Source of the DNA: an uncultured Candidatus Binatia bacterium
Lineage (GTDB): Bacteria > Desulfobacterota > Binatia > UBA9968 > JAJDTQ01
Reading direction: 5' to 3'
DNA: 64,000 bases
Assembly (NCBI GenBank): GCA_964291295.2
Contig: OZ219754.1
Coordinates: 3,456,001-3,520,000, forward strand
Made by a program: the position numbers and the translations under genes. Below, piece by piece: positions 10,840 through 21,343 of the stretch; within the stretch, counting starts at the first letter, position 1, and every line of letters starts with the position of its first letter. Under the pieces are notes generated by a model. It saw nothing but the letters and a program-made list of their open reading frames with translations. It was not told the DNA's origin and did not search any database.

Positions 10840-11898
10840 TTATCCCTCCTTTTGCCGGGCGGCATCGGCCGCCCCGATCGTGTCGAGAAGCGAAACGATG
10901 ACGATGCGGCGCAGCGAACACGCCGCTCCCTCCAGCCGGCACTGGACCAGGAAATAGACCTGACCGTCCTCGGGCAGAGACCCGATCAGCAACCGCCGGT
11001 CCGCTCCGGCATCCAGGACCATGTCGAGAACGAGCCGGGCCGCCAGACCTTCGGGCAGGTCCGCCACCGCCTGCGCCGTCGCCGGGTCGGTCGCGGGCGC
11101 CGCCGCCGTCACCGCGCCGGCATCGCCCGAGGACAGCGCAGCCGTCACCCTGGCGAGGGTCGGACGCAGCCACGCCCGGGCGTCCGATGTCCAGCCGGCG
11201 CGCTGGCGCGCATCCCGCAGCAGCCGCGGCAAGGCGGCGCGCGCCCGCTCAGCGTCTTCCGCAAAGCTGGCGGAGGTTTTCGCGGCGGATTGCGCCGCCG
11301 GCGGGTGCAGGCGATGGAATTCGGCCAGACGCGAGGCGGCGGCGACGGACAGCGCCTCGACCATCCCGGCATCGGCCTGCAGCCATGAAGGCGAGGGCCC
11401 CGCCGCGCGCGGCGGCGACCCGAAGCTCTCGCCGGGAAAGGCCCGGGCGGCGGCGACCCGCCAGCCATCGTCCTGCACCGCCCAGTGGGTGGCGACGGCG
11501 ACATCGAGCAGCGGGTTGTAGTAGAGCGCAACCGGCCCCGGCGAGCGGAGCCGGCCGAGCCCCACCATCGTGTTCCGGAAGAACGCCGGCCACATCCCGG
11601 GCGGGGCGCTGCGCGAGCCCCCCGGAATCCGGGACAGCACCGCGTACCCGCTCCCCTTGACGATGGCTGCCCGCAGGGCCAGCGCGTGCGCGGCGAAGAC
11701 GCGCGCGCCGTCATCGGTTTCCATCAGCCTTGCCACCGCTCGCGTGGCGGCGACCACGAGGCTCGCCGTTACGGCGGAAGCCGATACGCCGCTCGCCAAA
11801 CCCGGCTTCCGTTCCAGGGCCACCGTCGCCGGCGGACAGGCCACAAAGACGATGGCCAGCATCGCAGCCGCACCCGACACAAGCCCGACCCGGTTCAT
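10840..11898 (-). CDS. Putative secreted hypothetical protein
   Basis: MNRVGLVSGAAAMLAIVFVA signal-like start; globular body (YYNPLLDVAV); ends 4 nt before the next gene. Confidence 0.65.
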   Translation of the reverse strand: MNRVGLVSGAAAMLAIVFVACPPATVALERKPGLASGVSASAVTASLVVAATRAVARLMETDDGARVFAAHALALRAAIVKGSGYAVLSRIPGGSRSAPPGMWPAFFRNTMVGLGRLRSPGPVALYYNPLLDVAVATHWAVQDDGWRVAAARAFPGESFGSPPRAAGPSPSWLQADAGMVEALSVAAASRLAEFHRLHPPAAQSAAKTSASFAEDAERARAALPRLLRDARQRAGWTSDARAWLRPTLARVTAALSSGDAGAVTAAAPATDPATAQAVADLPEGLAARLVLDMVLDAGADRRLLIGSLPEDGQVYFLVQCRLEGAACSLRRIVIVSLLDTIGAADAARQKEG

Positions 11899-11959
11899 GT
11901 GCTTTGCCGGCTCCCGCCGCCGCGCGCGCACGGTCCGCACGATCACACCGTCTGCCCGG

Positions 11960-12490
11960 CAGTTACCGGCGGCCAGCACCTCGTCGAGGCTCGCCGCCAC
12001 CAGCACCGCATCCGCCCAGGCCTCCAGTTCGGCTGCCGACGCACCGCGGACCCGCTCGCGGACCGCATCCGGCACATCACCGAAGCGCAACTCCAGAAGG
12101 CGAAGAAGGATCCCGGCCTGGCCCTCGCTCCGGCCTCGTTCGACTCCCTGTCCGATCCAGGCTTGCGCCACCGTGCCCATCAGCGCCTCCCAGCGGTCCG
12201 GCGCAGCGACGCCTCCAGCAACGGCGGCGTCAGGTTCATGCGCTCGGCAATGTAACGCACAATATGACACTCGAAACTCGAAAGCGCTCCCCGCAACCGG
12301 CCCGCCCGTCATCTCGTCGAGAAGCTCCGGCGGAATCTCCTCGGCATGGACAACCTTGAGCGCCAGAAGACCGGCCCGCACCTCGGGCGAGACCGACAGC
12401 CGGCGTGGCGCAATCTCCCCAAGGTCGTGCACCACATGGGCAAACTCCCTGACGAAAAGCTCCAGTTCCCCGGGCGCGTCGATCATCCCC
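11960..12490 (-). pseudogene. Rpn/YhgA-like transposase C-terminal fragment with DUF4351-like tail
   Basis: HVVHDLGEI..., MGTVAQAWIGQGVERGRSEG, LLRLLELRFGDVPDAVRERVRGASAAELEAWADAVL. Confidence 0.65.
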
Positions 12491-12492
12491 GG

Positions 12493-12637
12493 CCGAGGGC
12501 TGGACACGGATGCCGAAGCCGGTGAGGCGGTCGTCCCAGGCGATGAAGGGTTTATGCCCGGGCTTGAGCACTTCGACGTTGCGCTTGTTGAGGGTGAGCT
12601 TGAGGTTGGCGGTGCGCTTGCCGGGCTCTGTTGACAT
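12493..12637 (-). pseudogene. N-terminal arm-binding (DUF4102-like) fragment of a tyrosine integrase
   Basis: LTLNKRNVEVLKPG..FIAWDDRLTGFGIRVQPS, then an abrupt junction. Confidence 0.7.
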
Positions 12638-13101
12638 GATGACATTCCGCCGAAAAGGGCTCGAATATCCCTATACAGGTCAACACATGGAAGTCAACCG
12701 GAGGGCATCCGCGTCGCGCCATGTCTCCTGGGTCAGCCTTTATTCCATTGAAATACAACAATATCCCTGGACGGCTGATACTATGGACAGACAGGCTTGT
12801 GATAGACTCCCAGAACCTTCGGACAGAGCGCCACATGACTGTCGCCCTCGCGTTCGACGTCAAGCGTCTGTTCATCCCTTGCCTCCCGTACCGGGCCTGC
12901 TGGCTTCCGCATCGTGCAAGAACCAGGCGACAGGGTACAGTGCGATACGAAGCGCCTCTCCCGATCAGTCCTTGCCCTCCCATACCCCAGGGAAGCTCTC
13001 GAAAAAAGGCCCCTCGTCCGCTCCGTGACTCATGCCTCCAAGACTATCCGAAGCCGCGGAGACAAGTCGGCGCAATTCACAATCACCCGGAATCACCACC
13101 C

Positions 13102-13207
13102 AGTTCGTCAAGTAGTTCGTCAAGTAATTCGTCAAGCAATCCCGGCGTGGGATTGTCCGGTCGCACGGCCAGACGCATCGTGACATTGGCATCGTGACAA
13201 TGGCATC
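13102..13207. repeat. Short direct repeats: 3x12 bp (AGTTCGTCAAGT) and about 2.4x14 bp (GCATCGTGACAWTG)
   Basis: Units at 13102, 13114, 13126 and at 13175, 13189. Confidence 0.8.
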
Positions 13208-13299
13208 CTGGTCGCCTCATGATGACTCGTGGCTTGCCCGTGCGATTCAACCTCCAATGAACCCGGCGGTTCATCCCGGGTCTCGCGCGGCGGGAAGAT

Positions 13300-13682
13300 G
13301 GCGGATACGGGGCCTTGCTTGATCACCTGCTGTCGGTGCCGCTTGATGACTTTGACCCGCGAAGGATCCTGGAAACAAGCGCCTTGCGGGATCCAATGGC
13401 CTTCAGTCTGGACCCGGTGCCCGCGTGGTGGCTCGACAAGCTGCGAGATGGGCAAGTTGAGCTTGGGAAGGGTTGGCCGGAGACCGTCACGACCAACAGC
13501 CTGTTCAAGGATTATCTGACCTATGCCGACGATATGCGCATCAATGGCGGGCGACGATGCGCAACTTCGGTCAAAAGCTGACCAGGTTGGGCGTGGTTCG
13601 GAAGCGGGTGCGCGTCGGGGTGCTGTTCGACTACTGCCATACCATCCCGCCGTTGAGTGAGGCGCGGGAGCGGTGGGAATAG
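13300..13682 (+). pseudogene. Frameshifted C-terminal fragment of a phage/plasmid primase-helicase
   Basis: ALLDHLLSVPLDDFDPR..SLDPVPAWWLDKL continued in another frame by RNFGQKL...IPPLSEARERWE. Confidence 0.6.
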
Positions 13683-13835
13683 GTCCACGGACCGGAAGAC
13701 CGGGTCAGGGAAGGTCTGAACAACCCCGAGTTGGCTGGGACTGAATCAATGGAATCAACAGGTTGCGAGCAGCTCCCTGTCGCGCCGCCGCCTTGTTCGG
13801 ACCTTCCTTGGGCGGCGCCGGTCGCGCGCGCGGGC

Positions 13836-14447
13836 TCAGCCGGAGGCCGGTGGCGGCTCCTCGGACGGCTCCTCTCCGGTGCCCGGCGAGAGTTCGTTCG
13901 CCTCCCCTGACGGCGTCTCGGCGGGGGCCGGTCCGACCCCCGCCGAGACGGCCTCCGCCTGACCCCCGGCAGCGGCTGATTCCACTGCGCCGCCCGGCGG
14001 CTGATCCTCCGACACCACCCTTACCCGGATGTTCGGCATCACTTCCGGACGGAGACGGACGGCAACCTCGTAGTCGCCCACCGCCTTGATGGGAGCTTCC
14101 AGGACGATCCGGCGACGCTCCACCTCGAAGCCCCGCTCCTTCAACGCCTTCTCGATGTCAAGGCTTGTGACGGAGCCGAAGAGCCTTCCCTCCTCGCCCA
14201 CCTTGGCGGCGAACTCGAGGGATACGCCGGCCAGCTTCGCGCTGATGCCCTCGGCCTCCTTGGTGAGGCGCTCCCGGCGCTGGCCGATCATGCGCTGCTG
14301 GTGCTCCAGCGCCTTCAGGTTCTTCTTGTTGGCCGGCACCACCAGGCCCCGGGGCAACAGGTAGTTGCGGGCGTAACCATCCCTGACCTTCACCACGTCG
14401 CCCATGTGGCCCAGGTTTTCAATGTCCTCCCTCAGAACGACTTCCAT
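13836..14447 (-). CDS. rplI: 50S ribosomal protein L9 with acidic tail
   Basis: LGHMGDVVKVRDGYARNYLLP, GRLFGSVT. Confidence 0.96.
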   Translation of the reverse strand: MEVVLREDIENLGHMGDVVKVRDGYARNYLLPRGLVVPANKKNLKALEHQQRMIGQRRERLTKEAEGISAKLAGVSLEFAAKVGEEGRLFGSVTSLDIEKALKERGFEVERRRIVLEAPIKAVGDYEVAVRLRPEVMPNIRVRVVSEDQPPGGAVESAAAGGQAEAVSAGVGPAPAETPSGEANELSPGTGEEPSEEPPPASG

Positions 14448-14457
14448 CGAATCTCCT

Positions 14458-15402
14458 TCAGGTCAGGCCCGCGGTGCGTCGCTTGAGACGACGAAAGTCG
14501 CCCCAGAGGTCGAAGAACCCCAAGCCGATGACCAGCACCGTGAGAATCTGCTCGAAGACGATGAGCAGGTATCCCAGAACGCGAAAAAACATCGGCACCT
14601 TCTTGTGATGAAAATAGTACGCCACGATGGCGAGGCCGTGGAAGAAATAGAACACGGTGCATACGAACACCACGTTCACGGCCAGTGCGCGCAAGGTCCA
14701 GCCCAGGGGTAGAAACAGCGCCAAGGCAGGCACCAGCAACAGCCACACCATGTGGTCCGGCGACTTCCACTCCTTGAGGTCTCCGGCCTCGAAGAAAAAC
14801 GAGCGATACTGCGGGAAGTGCCACGACAGCAGGGCCAGGTTGACCAGCACCATCACCCCCAGAGTCAGGAAAGCCATGCCGGGCAGCATCTGGACGAAGA
14901 GCGCCGCCATCTGCCCCGCATGTTCCCTGAGGAAGTCGATGGTGTCGCCCGACAGACCCATGCGCCGGTACGCTTCCAGGACCGTGAGAATCTGGGCCTG
15001 AACGCCCGCCTGCAGCGTCGTCCACAGGGCGGAGAACGAGCCGGCAAACGCCGTCGCGGCCACCAGCATGACCGCCACCGTGCAGATGGCATTGCCGCTC
15101 ACCACCTTGGCGAGGGACCATCCCCGCCCGAACGAGAAGAACAGCAGATACGCCACCAGTGCCAGCATCAGGCAGGACACCGCCCCTTCCAGCCCGGCGA
15201 CGGGATAGACGCATGCCGCCGCCGCCACCGGCAGCAACTGTCCCGGCCGTCTCCCCACCTTGACGCCGACGAACAGGGCCGGATAGAGGACGAGCGGCAC
15301 CGCGGCCAAGCCGAGGATCGGCACCCGCAAACCCACGAAAAAAAGCAGCAGGGTGGCGACCAACCCGAGCCCGAACCACTTCAGAGTGTCAAGCCCATTC
15401 AT
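14458..15402 (-). CDS. DUF2232/YybS family membrane protein
   Basis: Multi-TM; YFFHGLAI, GLGFFDLWGDFRRL; usual position between rpsR and rplI. Confidence 0.85.
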   Translation of the reverse strand: MNGLDTLKWFGLGLVATLLLFFVGLRVPILGLAAVPLVLYPALFVGVKVGRRPGQLLPVAAAACVYPVAGLEGAVSCLMLALVAYLLFFSFGRGWSLAKVVSGNAICTVAVMLVAATAFAGSFSALWTTLQAGVQAQILTVLEAYRRMGLSGDTIDFLREHAGQMAALFVQMLPGMAFLTLGVMVLVNLALLSWHFPQYRSFFFEAGDLKEWKSPDHMVWLLLVPALALFLPLGWTLRALAVNVVFVCTVFYFFHGLAIVAYYFHHKKVPMFFRVLGYLLIVFEQILTVLVIGLGFFDLWGDFRRLKRRTAGLT

Positions 15403-15484
15403 AAGCTGACCAGTCGTGACCCGCGAAGGCAGAAAGAGTCCGCACCATGCCGCGAATGTCACAGGCCGCGCGGAAGACGCCGGA

Positions 15485-15763
15485 TCAGAGCTTTACGGTG
15501 GTATAGGGGAGTAACGCTACCAGACGAGACCGCTTGATGGCCCTGGACAGGCGCCGCTGGCACCAGCAACAGGTCCCGGTGATGCGGCTCGGCGTGATCT
15601 TGCCCCGCTCCGTCATGAATCCGCTGAGGAGCTTGGTATCCTTGTAGTCGAAGCGGAGGTCCTTGTTGGCACAGAAGCGACAGATCTTCCGGCGCGAAAT
15701 GCCGCGCCGGCGAGGTGACGAATCACGATCTTCCGAGCCTCTTCTCCCGTGATATTCAGCCAT
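15485..15763 (-). CDS. rpsR: 30S ribosomal protein S18
   Basis: [21 protein letters not shown]. Confidence 0.96.
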   Translation of the reverse strand: MAEYHGRRGSEDRDSSPRRRGISRRKICRFCANKDLRFDYKDTKLLSGFMTERGKITPSRITGTCCWCQRRLSRAIKRSRLVALLPYTTVKL

Positions 15764-15805
15764 GTTTCCCTTGGTCGTCCCGCCCGCTGTCCGCGGCGGA
15801 AGCCC

Positions 15806-16219
15806 TTACGCTTCGGAGCCTTCCCGGGTTTCCTCGGCAGGTTCCGGCGCGGTTTCCTGTTCCGGTGCGGTTTCCTGTTCCGGCGAGGACACGGGATCTT
15901 CCGTCCGGGCCAAGGACCGCACGTCCTTGTCCAGGACCACGGTCATGCAACGCATGACCTCGTCGCTCAAACGCATCAGCCGCTCGAACTCCTCGCTGGT
16001 TCCCGCCGTAGCCCTGTACTGAACCAGGTTGTAGAAACCCCTTCCCTGCTTCTCGATGGAGTAGGCGAGATCGCGCATGCCCCATTCCTCGAAATGGGTG
16101 ATGGTCGCGCCGCGCCCTTCCAGAACCTCCCGATACTTCTCGCAGAGTTCCTTGTTCCTGCCGCTGTGAGCCGGGTGAACGATGAAGAGCGTTTCGTAAT
16201 GGGTCGTTTCGTCAGTCAT
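15806..16219 (-). CDS. rpsF: 30S ribosomal protein S6
   Basis: YETLFIVHP, WGMRDLAYSIEK. Confidence 0.95.
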   Translation of the reverse strand: MTDETTHYETLFIVHPAHSGRNKELCEKYREVLEGRGATITHFEEWGMRDLAYSIEKQGRGFYNLVQYRATAGTSEEFERLMRLSDEVMRCMTVVLDKDVRSLARTEDPVSSPEQETAPEQETAPEPAEETREGSEA

Positions 16220-16504
16220 GGTTCGTCGAGTCCGGAGAACCTCATCAATGGCCGATTGATGGCCGATTGATGGCCGATGGCTGTCTGGCCGGTGTCATGA
16301 GTCGAAATGGCATCGCAACGACATCCAGAACGATATCGAAGCAGTGGCCTCCGAACGGCATTCAAACAGCCAGGTCGCAACCAGAAATGGCAACCGAAAG
16401 TGGCAACCGGAGGGCGCCTCCGGGGACGCCCATGAAGGATGCCGTTTCAGTGCACCGGAGCGAGTCAACCTAGCACAGGGACTGCCTGTTTACAACCCTC
16501 GGGC

Positions 16505-18553
16505 TCAAACCAGCAGTGGCGCGATGACCAGCGAAACCACCGACATGAGCTTGATGAGGATGTTCATGGACGGGCCGGAGGTGTCCTTGAGGGGATCGCC
16601 CACGGTGTCGCCGACCACGGCCGCCTTGTGCGCCTCGCCGCCCTTCTCCTCGTTTCGGAGGTCGCCGCGCTCGATGTACTTCTTGGCGTTGTCCCAGGCA
16701 CCGCCGGCGTTGGACATGAGCAGCGCCAGCAGCACGCCCGAGACCAGTGCCCCGGCCAGCGTCCCGCCCAGTGCCACCGGCCCCAGCGCGAAACCCACCA
16801 CCACCGGCACCACCACCGCCACCAGCCCCGGCACCACCATCTCCTTGATGGCCGCTCGGGTGGAGATGTCCACGCAACGGGCCGCGTCGGGCTTGACGCC
16901 CTCCCGGCCTTCCAGCAGACCGGGGATCTCGCGGAACTGCCGGCGGATCTCGTCGATCATTCGTCCGGCGGCCCGTCCCACCGCGGTCATGGTCATGGCG
17001 CCGATGAGGTACGGGATGAGGCCGCCGATGAACAGGCCCACCACCACCTCCGGCGAGGTCACCAGAATCTGCACCGGCGGTTGGCCCATGGCCGCCAGCT
17101 CGGTATCCACCGTCCGGGTATAGGCCGAGAACAGCGCCAGTGCGGTCAAGGCCGCCGACCCGATGGCGAAACCCTTGCCAATGGCCGCCGTGGTGTTGCC
17201 CAGCGAGTCGAGCCCGTCGGTAATCTCGCGCACCTCGGACCCCAGGCCGCACATCTCGGAAATGCCGCCGGCGTTGTCGGCAATGGGGCCGTAGGCATCC
17301 ACGCTCATGGTGATGCCCACCGTGGCCAGCATCGCCACCGCGGCCACGCCGATGCCGTAGAGCTGGGCCGCACCGTGGGACACCCAGATGGCGACGGCAA
17401 TGACCACCACCGGAGCCGCCACGCTCTCCAGACCCACCGCCAGCCCGTGGATGATGTTGGTGGCGTGGCCCGTGCGGCTGGCCTCGGCGATGCGTTCCAC
17501 CGGCTTGGCGGAAGTGTAGTACTCGGTGATGAGGCCGATGAGGATGCCTCCCAGAGAACCCGCCAGCACCGCCCAGAAGACGCCGATGGTGACGCCGCAG
17601 GCGAGGATGAGCACCAGCGCCGCCACCAGGAACAGCACCGTGGTAAGGACCGTCGCGCTGCGCAGCGCCGATTGCGGGTCGATCTTCTTGAACACGCGCA
17701 TGGAATAGATGCCCGCCACCGAGGCGATGAGGCCCAGCACCGCCAGGAGCAGCGGCAGCGCCATCAGCGTGGCCCTGGAGGCATCGGCCTGGGACGAGAA
17801 CAGAGCGGCGAGCCCGCTCGGTGCGATGGTGCTGGCGATGGCGATGGACGCGATCACGGAGCCCACGTAGGACTCGAACAGATCCGCACCCATGCCGGCC
17901 ACATCGCCGACGTTGTCACCGACGTTGTCCGCGATGACGCCAGGATTGCGGGGATCATCTTCGGGAATGCCGGCCTCGACCTTGCCCACCAGGTCGGAGC
18001 CCACGTCCGCGGCCTTGGTGTAAATGCCGCCGCCGACACGGGAGAACAGGGCGATGGAGCTGGCGCCCATGGCGAACCCGCTGATGTACCTGGCGTTTCC
18101 CGGATCACCGTAAAGCAGAAACAGGACGCCGACGCCCAGCAGACCGAGGCTGGCCACCGAAAGGCCCATCACCGAGCCGCCGTTGAAGGCCATGAGCAGC
18201 GCTTCGGCCTGGCCGCCCTCCGAGGCCGCCTGGGTCGTGCGGACGTTGGCGCGGGTGGCCGCCTTCATGCCGAGAAAGCCGGCGATCACCGAGCATGCCG
18301 CGCCCGCGAAGAACGCCAGCGCGGTGGGAACCCCGAGCTGCCATGCCAGCAACAGCGCCACCACCACCACAAATACCGAAAGAACGATGTACTCGCGCTT
18401 CAGAAAGGCCATGGCGCCTTCGTAGATGGAGTCGCTGACGGACTCCATGCCGGCATCCTTGACACCGACCTTGACGATGCTGCCATACGCCAGGTACGCC
18501 ACAAGAAGTCCGGCCGCTCCCAGTATCGGAGCCCAGACCACCAAACCATCCAT
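16505..18553 (-). CDS. hppA: Membrane-bound ion-translocating pyrophosphatase, K+-dependent type
   Basis: [41 protein letters not shown]; SD GAGGAGG before ATG 18553. Confidence 0.93.
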   Translation of the reverse strand: MDGLVVWAPILGAAGLLVAYLAYGSIVKVGVKDAGMESVSDSIYEGAMAFLKREYIVLSVFVVVVALLLAWQLGVPTALAFFAGAACSVIAGFLGMKAATRANVRTTQAASEGGQAEALLMAFNGGSVMGLSVASLGLLGVGVLFLLYGDPGNARYISGFAMGASSIALFSRVGGGIYTKAADVGSDLVGKVEAGIPEDDPRNPGVIADNVGDNVGDVAGMGADLFESYVGSVIASIAIASTIAPSGLAALFSSQADASRATLMALPLLLAVLGLIASVAGIYSMRVFKKIDPQSALRSATVLTTVLFLVAALVLILACGVTIGVFWAVLAGSLGGILIGLITEYYTSAKPVERIAEASRTGHATNIIHGLAVGLESVAAPVVVIAVAIWVSHGAAQLYGIGVAAVAMLATVGITMSVDAYGPIADNAGGISEMCGLGSEVREITDGLDSLGNTTAAIGKGFAIGSAALTALALFSAYTRTVDTELAAMGQPPVQILVTSPEVVVGLFIGGLIPYLIGAMTMTAVGRAAGRMIDEIRRQFREIPGLLEGREGVKPDAARCVDISTRAAIKEMVVPGLVAVVVPVVVGFALGPVALGGTLAGALVSGVLLALLMSNAGGAWDNAKKYIERGDLRNEEKGGEAHKAAVVGDTVGDPLKDTSGPSMNILIKLMSVVSLVIAPLLV

Positions 18554-18564
18554 AACACCCTCCT

Positions 18565-19155
18565 CTATTGAACTCGATTGAAGTCTTCCATGGCCCGGAC
18601 CGGGCCCTTCAGCACGATCGCTTCCAGCGCTTCCGCAGCCTTCGACAACACGCCGTCCAACCGACCCTCTTCCTCCGGCGAGAAGCGGCTCAGGACGTAG
18701 TCCACTGCATCCCCGCCGGCGTGCGGCCGGCCGATGCCGATGCGCAGGCGCACGAAACCGCGGTCGGCGACGTATTGCAGCACCGACGCCAGACCCCGGT
18801 GCCCGCCGGCGGAACCACCGCAACGGATGCGCAGTCGGCCGAACGGCAGGTCCAGGTCGTCGTACGCCACCACGAGATCCGCACCCCGCACCTGGAAGCG
18901 CTTCAACAGGGCGGCGGCCGCCAAGCCGCTGTTGTTCATGTAGGTCTGCGGCTTGGCGAGCACCAGCGGCGGCCACCACTCGGCGGCCACCGGATCCCAC
19001 GCCCGCTCGCCGCGCCCCACCAGGGACTCGCACCGGTCGTCATTGATGCGGATGCCCCGGGCTTCCGCGATGCGGTCCAGCAACAGGAAACCCAGATTGT
19101 GCCGCGTCCGCGCGTATCGCCGGCCCGGGTTGCCCAGACCCACCACCAGCTTCAC
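18565..19155 (-). CDS. pth: Peptidyl-tRNA hydrolase
   Basis: [29 protein letters not shown]. Confidence 0.95.
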   Translation of the reverse strand: MKLVVGLGNPGRRYARTRHNLGFLLLDRIAEARGIRINDDRCESLVGRGERAWDPVAAEWWPPLVLAKPQTYMNNSGLAAAALLKRFQVRGADLVVAYDDLDLPFGRLRIRCGGSAGGHRGLASVLQYVADRGFVRLRIGIGRPHAGGDAVDYVLSRFSPEEEGRLDGVLSKAAEALEAIVLKGPVRAMEDFNRVQ

Positions 19156-19200
19156 GTCAGGCCACCGTGCCCGGACAACGGACGGCAAGAGGCCCCGGGA

Positions 19201-19848
19201 TCACTCGCCGGTCGGTTCCGCGGGCGCCGCACCCGAGTCGTCGGCCCCCTCCACCGCCTCGCCGGCCTCCCCGTCCTCCGTCAGCGTGGAGACCGTCGGT
19301 GCCAGCACCGACACCAGGGCCAGGTCCGGAGTGTTGTGGGTCACATTGGGTGGCAGGGTGATGTCACCGGCCTTGAATCCGTGGCCGACCTGCAGCGAGG
19401 AAACGTCCACCTCGATTCGCGCCGGGATGTCCATGGGGAGGCACTCCACTTCCAGTTCCCGCGCGATGGGTTGCAGTACGCCCCCCTGAACCACTCCCTC
19501 CGCCCGGCCCACGAAATGAAGCCCCACCATGACGGTGATCTTTCGCGTCACGTCCACCTCGTAGAAATCGATGTGGGCGATGGCGTGCGTCACCGGGTGA
19601 TACTGGACGGCCTTGATGAGAACCAGCCTGCCGTCAAGGTCGGCGGCGGCGGACTTGAACCGGACCAGATGCGAGCCTTCCAGGCTGCCGACGCGGCTCC
19701 TGAGCTCGCCGGCATCCACCTGCATGGCGAGACCGTCGGTTCCCCGGCCGTAAACGACCCCCGGAAGCTTTCCGTTGCGGCGCAGGCGGCCGGCGTCGCG
19801 CTTGTTTCCCACCTGCCGCACCTCTACCGAGACTTCTACCGTTTCCAA
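19201..19848 (-). CDS. rplY: 50S ribosomal protein L25/Ctc
   Basis: LRRNGKLPGVVYG, QYHPV, HIDF. Confidence 0.95.
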   Translation of the reverse strand: METVEVSVEVRQVGNKRDAGRLRRNGKLPGVVYGRGTDGLAMQVDAGELRSRVGSLEGSHLVRFKSAAADLDGRLVLIKAVQYHPVTHAIAHIDFYEVDVTRKITVMVGLHFVGRAEGVVQGGVLQPIARELEVECLPMDIPARIEVDVSSLQVGHGFKAGDITLPPNVTHNTPDLALVSVLAPTVSTLTEDGEAGEAVEGADDSGAAPAEPTGE

Positions 19849-19887
19849 AACCTGAACCTCCTGACAACGTGCTGCGAACCGGGTCGA

Positions 19888-20829
19888 TCAGAAAAGGGAG
19901 CTGATGGACCGTTCCAGATGGGTCCTGCGGATGGCTTCCCCGATCAGAGGCGCCACCGACAGGGGCTTCAGCTTTCCGCACACGGCCATCTTGGCGCTCA
20001 AGGGGACGGTGTCCGTGACCACCATCTCTTCCATGGGCGAGTCGTTGATCCTGTCCAGCGCCCGGCCCGAGAGAATCGCGTGGGTGCAGCAGCCGATGAC
20101 CTTCTGCGCACCGGCCCGCATCAGGGCTTCCGCCGCCATGGCGATGGTCCCGGCGGTGTCCACCATGTCGTCGATGAGAATGGTCGTCCTGCCTTCCACC
20201 TCGCCGATGATGTTCATCTCTTCCACCACGTTGGCATCGGCCCGGCGCTTGTCAATGACCGCCATCGCCACGTTCAGGCTGGTGGCGAACGCCCGCGCCC
20301 GCTGGGCACCGCCCGCGTCCGGCGACACGACGATGGATTCCCCCGGGCCGACGCGCTCTTTCATGTACTGGAGCAGCACCGGCGACGCATAGAGGTTGTC
20401 CACCGGTATGTTGAAAAAGCCCTGAATCTGGCCGGAGTGCAGATCCATGGTCAATATGCGGGAGGCTCCGGCGGTGGTGATGAGATCCGCCACCAGCTTG
20501 GCGCTGATGGGTACCCGGGGAGCCACCTTGCGGTCCTGCCGCGCGTAACCGTAGTACGGGATCACCGCGGTGACCCGCTTGGCCGAGGCGCGTCTGAAGG
20601 CGTCCAGCATGAGGAGCAGTTCCATCAGGTTGTCGTTGCCCGGGGCGCACGTCGACTGGATCACGAAGACGTCACAACCGCGAACATTCTCCTTGATCTC
20701 CACCCTGATCTCGCCGTCGCTGAACGTCTCCACCAACGCCTCCCCCAGCGGGATCTCGAGATCGCGGCAGATGTCGCGCGCCAGCGGGGTATTGGAATTG
20801 CCCGCAAATATCCTCATTTCGTCGTGCAT
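19888..20829 (-). CDS. prs: Ribose-phosphate pyrophosphokinase
   Basis: PYYGYARQDR, VSPDAGG, DDMVDTAGT. Confidence 0.97.
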   Translation of the reverse strand: MHDEMRIFAGNSNTPLARDICRDLEIPLGEALVETFSDGEIRVEIKENVRGCDVFVIQSTCAPGNDNLMELLLMLDAFRRASAKRVTAVIPYYGYARQDRKVAPRVPISAKLVADLITTAGASRILTMDLHSGQIQGFFNIPVDNLYASPVLLQYMKERVGPGESIVVSPDAGGAQRARAFATSLNVAMAVIDKRRADANVVEEMNIIGEVEGRTTILIDDMVDTAGTIAMAAEALMRAGAQKVIGCCTHAILSGRALDRINDSPMEEMVVTDTVPLSAKMAVCGKLKPLSVAPLIGEAIRRTHLERSISSLF

Positions 20830-20905
20830 GTCCTGCCTGCACTGCCGTGGAGAGCCGCCGGTGTCGGAGCCATGACCGGCTCACCGGCCCGTCAAGGAAA
20901 GAGCC

Positions 20906-20980
20906 TGGCTGGGCGGGAAGGATTCGAACCTTCGAATACCGGATCCAAAATCCGGGGCCTTACCACTTGGCGACCGCCCA
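20906..20980 (-). tRNA. tRNA-Gln(TTG)
   Basis: 75-nt cloverleaf TGGGCGG...CCGGA-TT-TTG-GA-TCCGG...GGTTCGAATCC...CCA. Confidence 0.96.
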
Positions 20981-21020
20981 TCCCGTCCCGCCGGCATCCG
21001 AGCGGCCGGCCCGACAACGA

Positions 21021-21305
21021 CTACCCGCCGTCCCGGCCCTGGCCCGCGTCGCCCGATGTAACGTCCCTGTATGCGGCGATAATCCTTTCTTCGATCATTT
21101 TGCGCGTCTCGCTGTTGAGCGGGTGTGCCACATCCTTGTAGGTTCCATCCCGGCGCCTCTTGCTGGGCATGGAAACGAACAGCCCCGAAGTGCCGCGAAT
21201 GACCTTGAGATCCCGAACCAGGAAGCAGTCGTCAAGGGTGATGGTCACATAGGCCTTGAGCTTGTCTTCCTCGACGGGAAAGACCCTGACTTCCGTGACC
21301 TCCAC
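21021..21305 (-). CDS. spoVG: SpoVG family protein
   Basis: EVTEVRV..KLKAYVTITLDDCF..GLFVSMPS..DVAHPLN. Confidence 0.93.
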   Translation of the reverse strand: MEVTEVRVFPVEEDKLKAYVTITLDDCFLVRDLKVIRGTSGLFVSMPSKRRRDGTYKDVAHPLNSETRKMIEERIIAAYRDVTSGDAGQGRDGG

Positions 21306-21343
21306 AGGGACCCCCTTTCCGTCCGCGGACGGATGGCCTGCCC

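Noticed and set aside
10840-12645. Single 601-aa fusion protein
   Set aside because: Chance in-frame run through integrase and Rpn/DUF4351 debris into a gene with its own signal-like start at 11898; a real fusion is not fully excluded
18568-21141. Long antisense or alternative-frame ORFs (also 16439-18571, 27278-30091, 42744-44918, 5538-7679)
   Set aside because: Shadow ORFs of real genes, common in high-GC DNA
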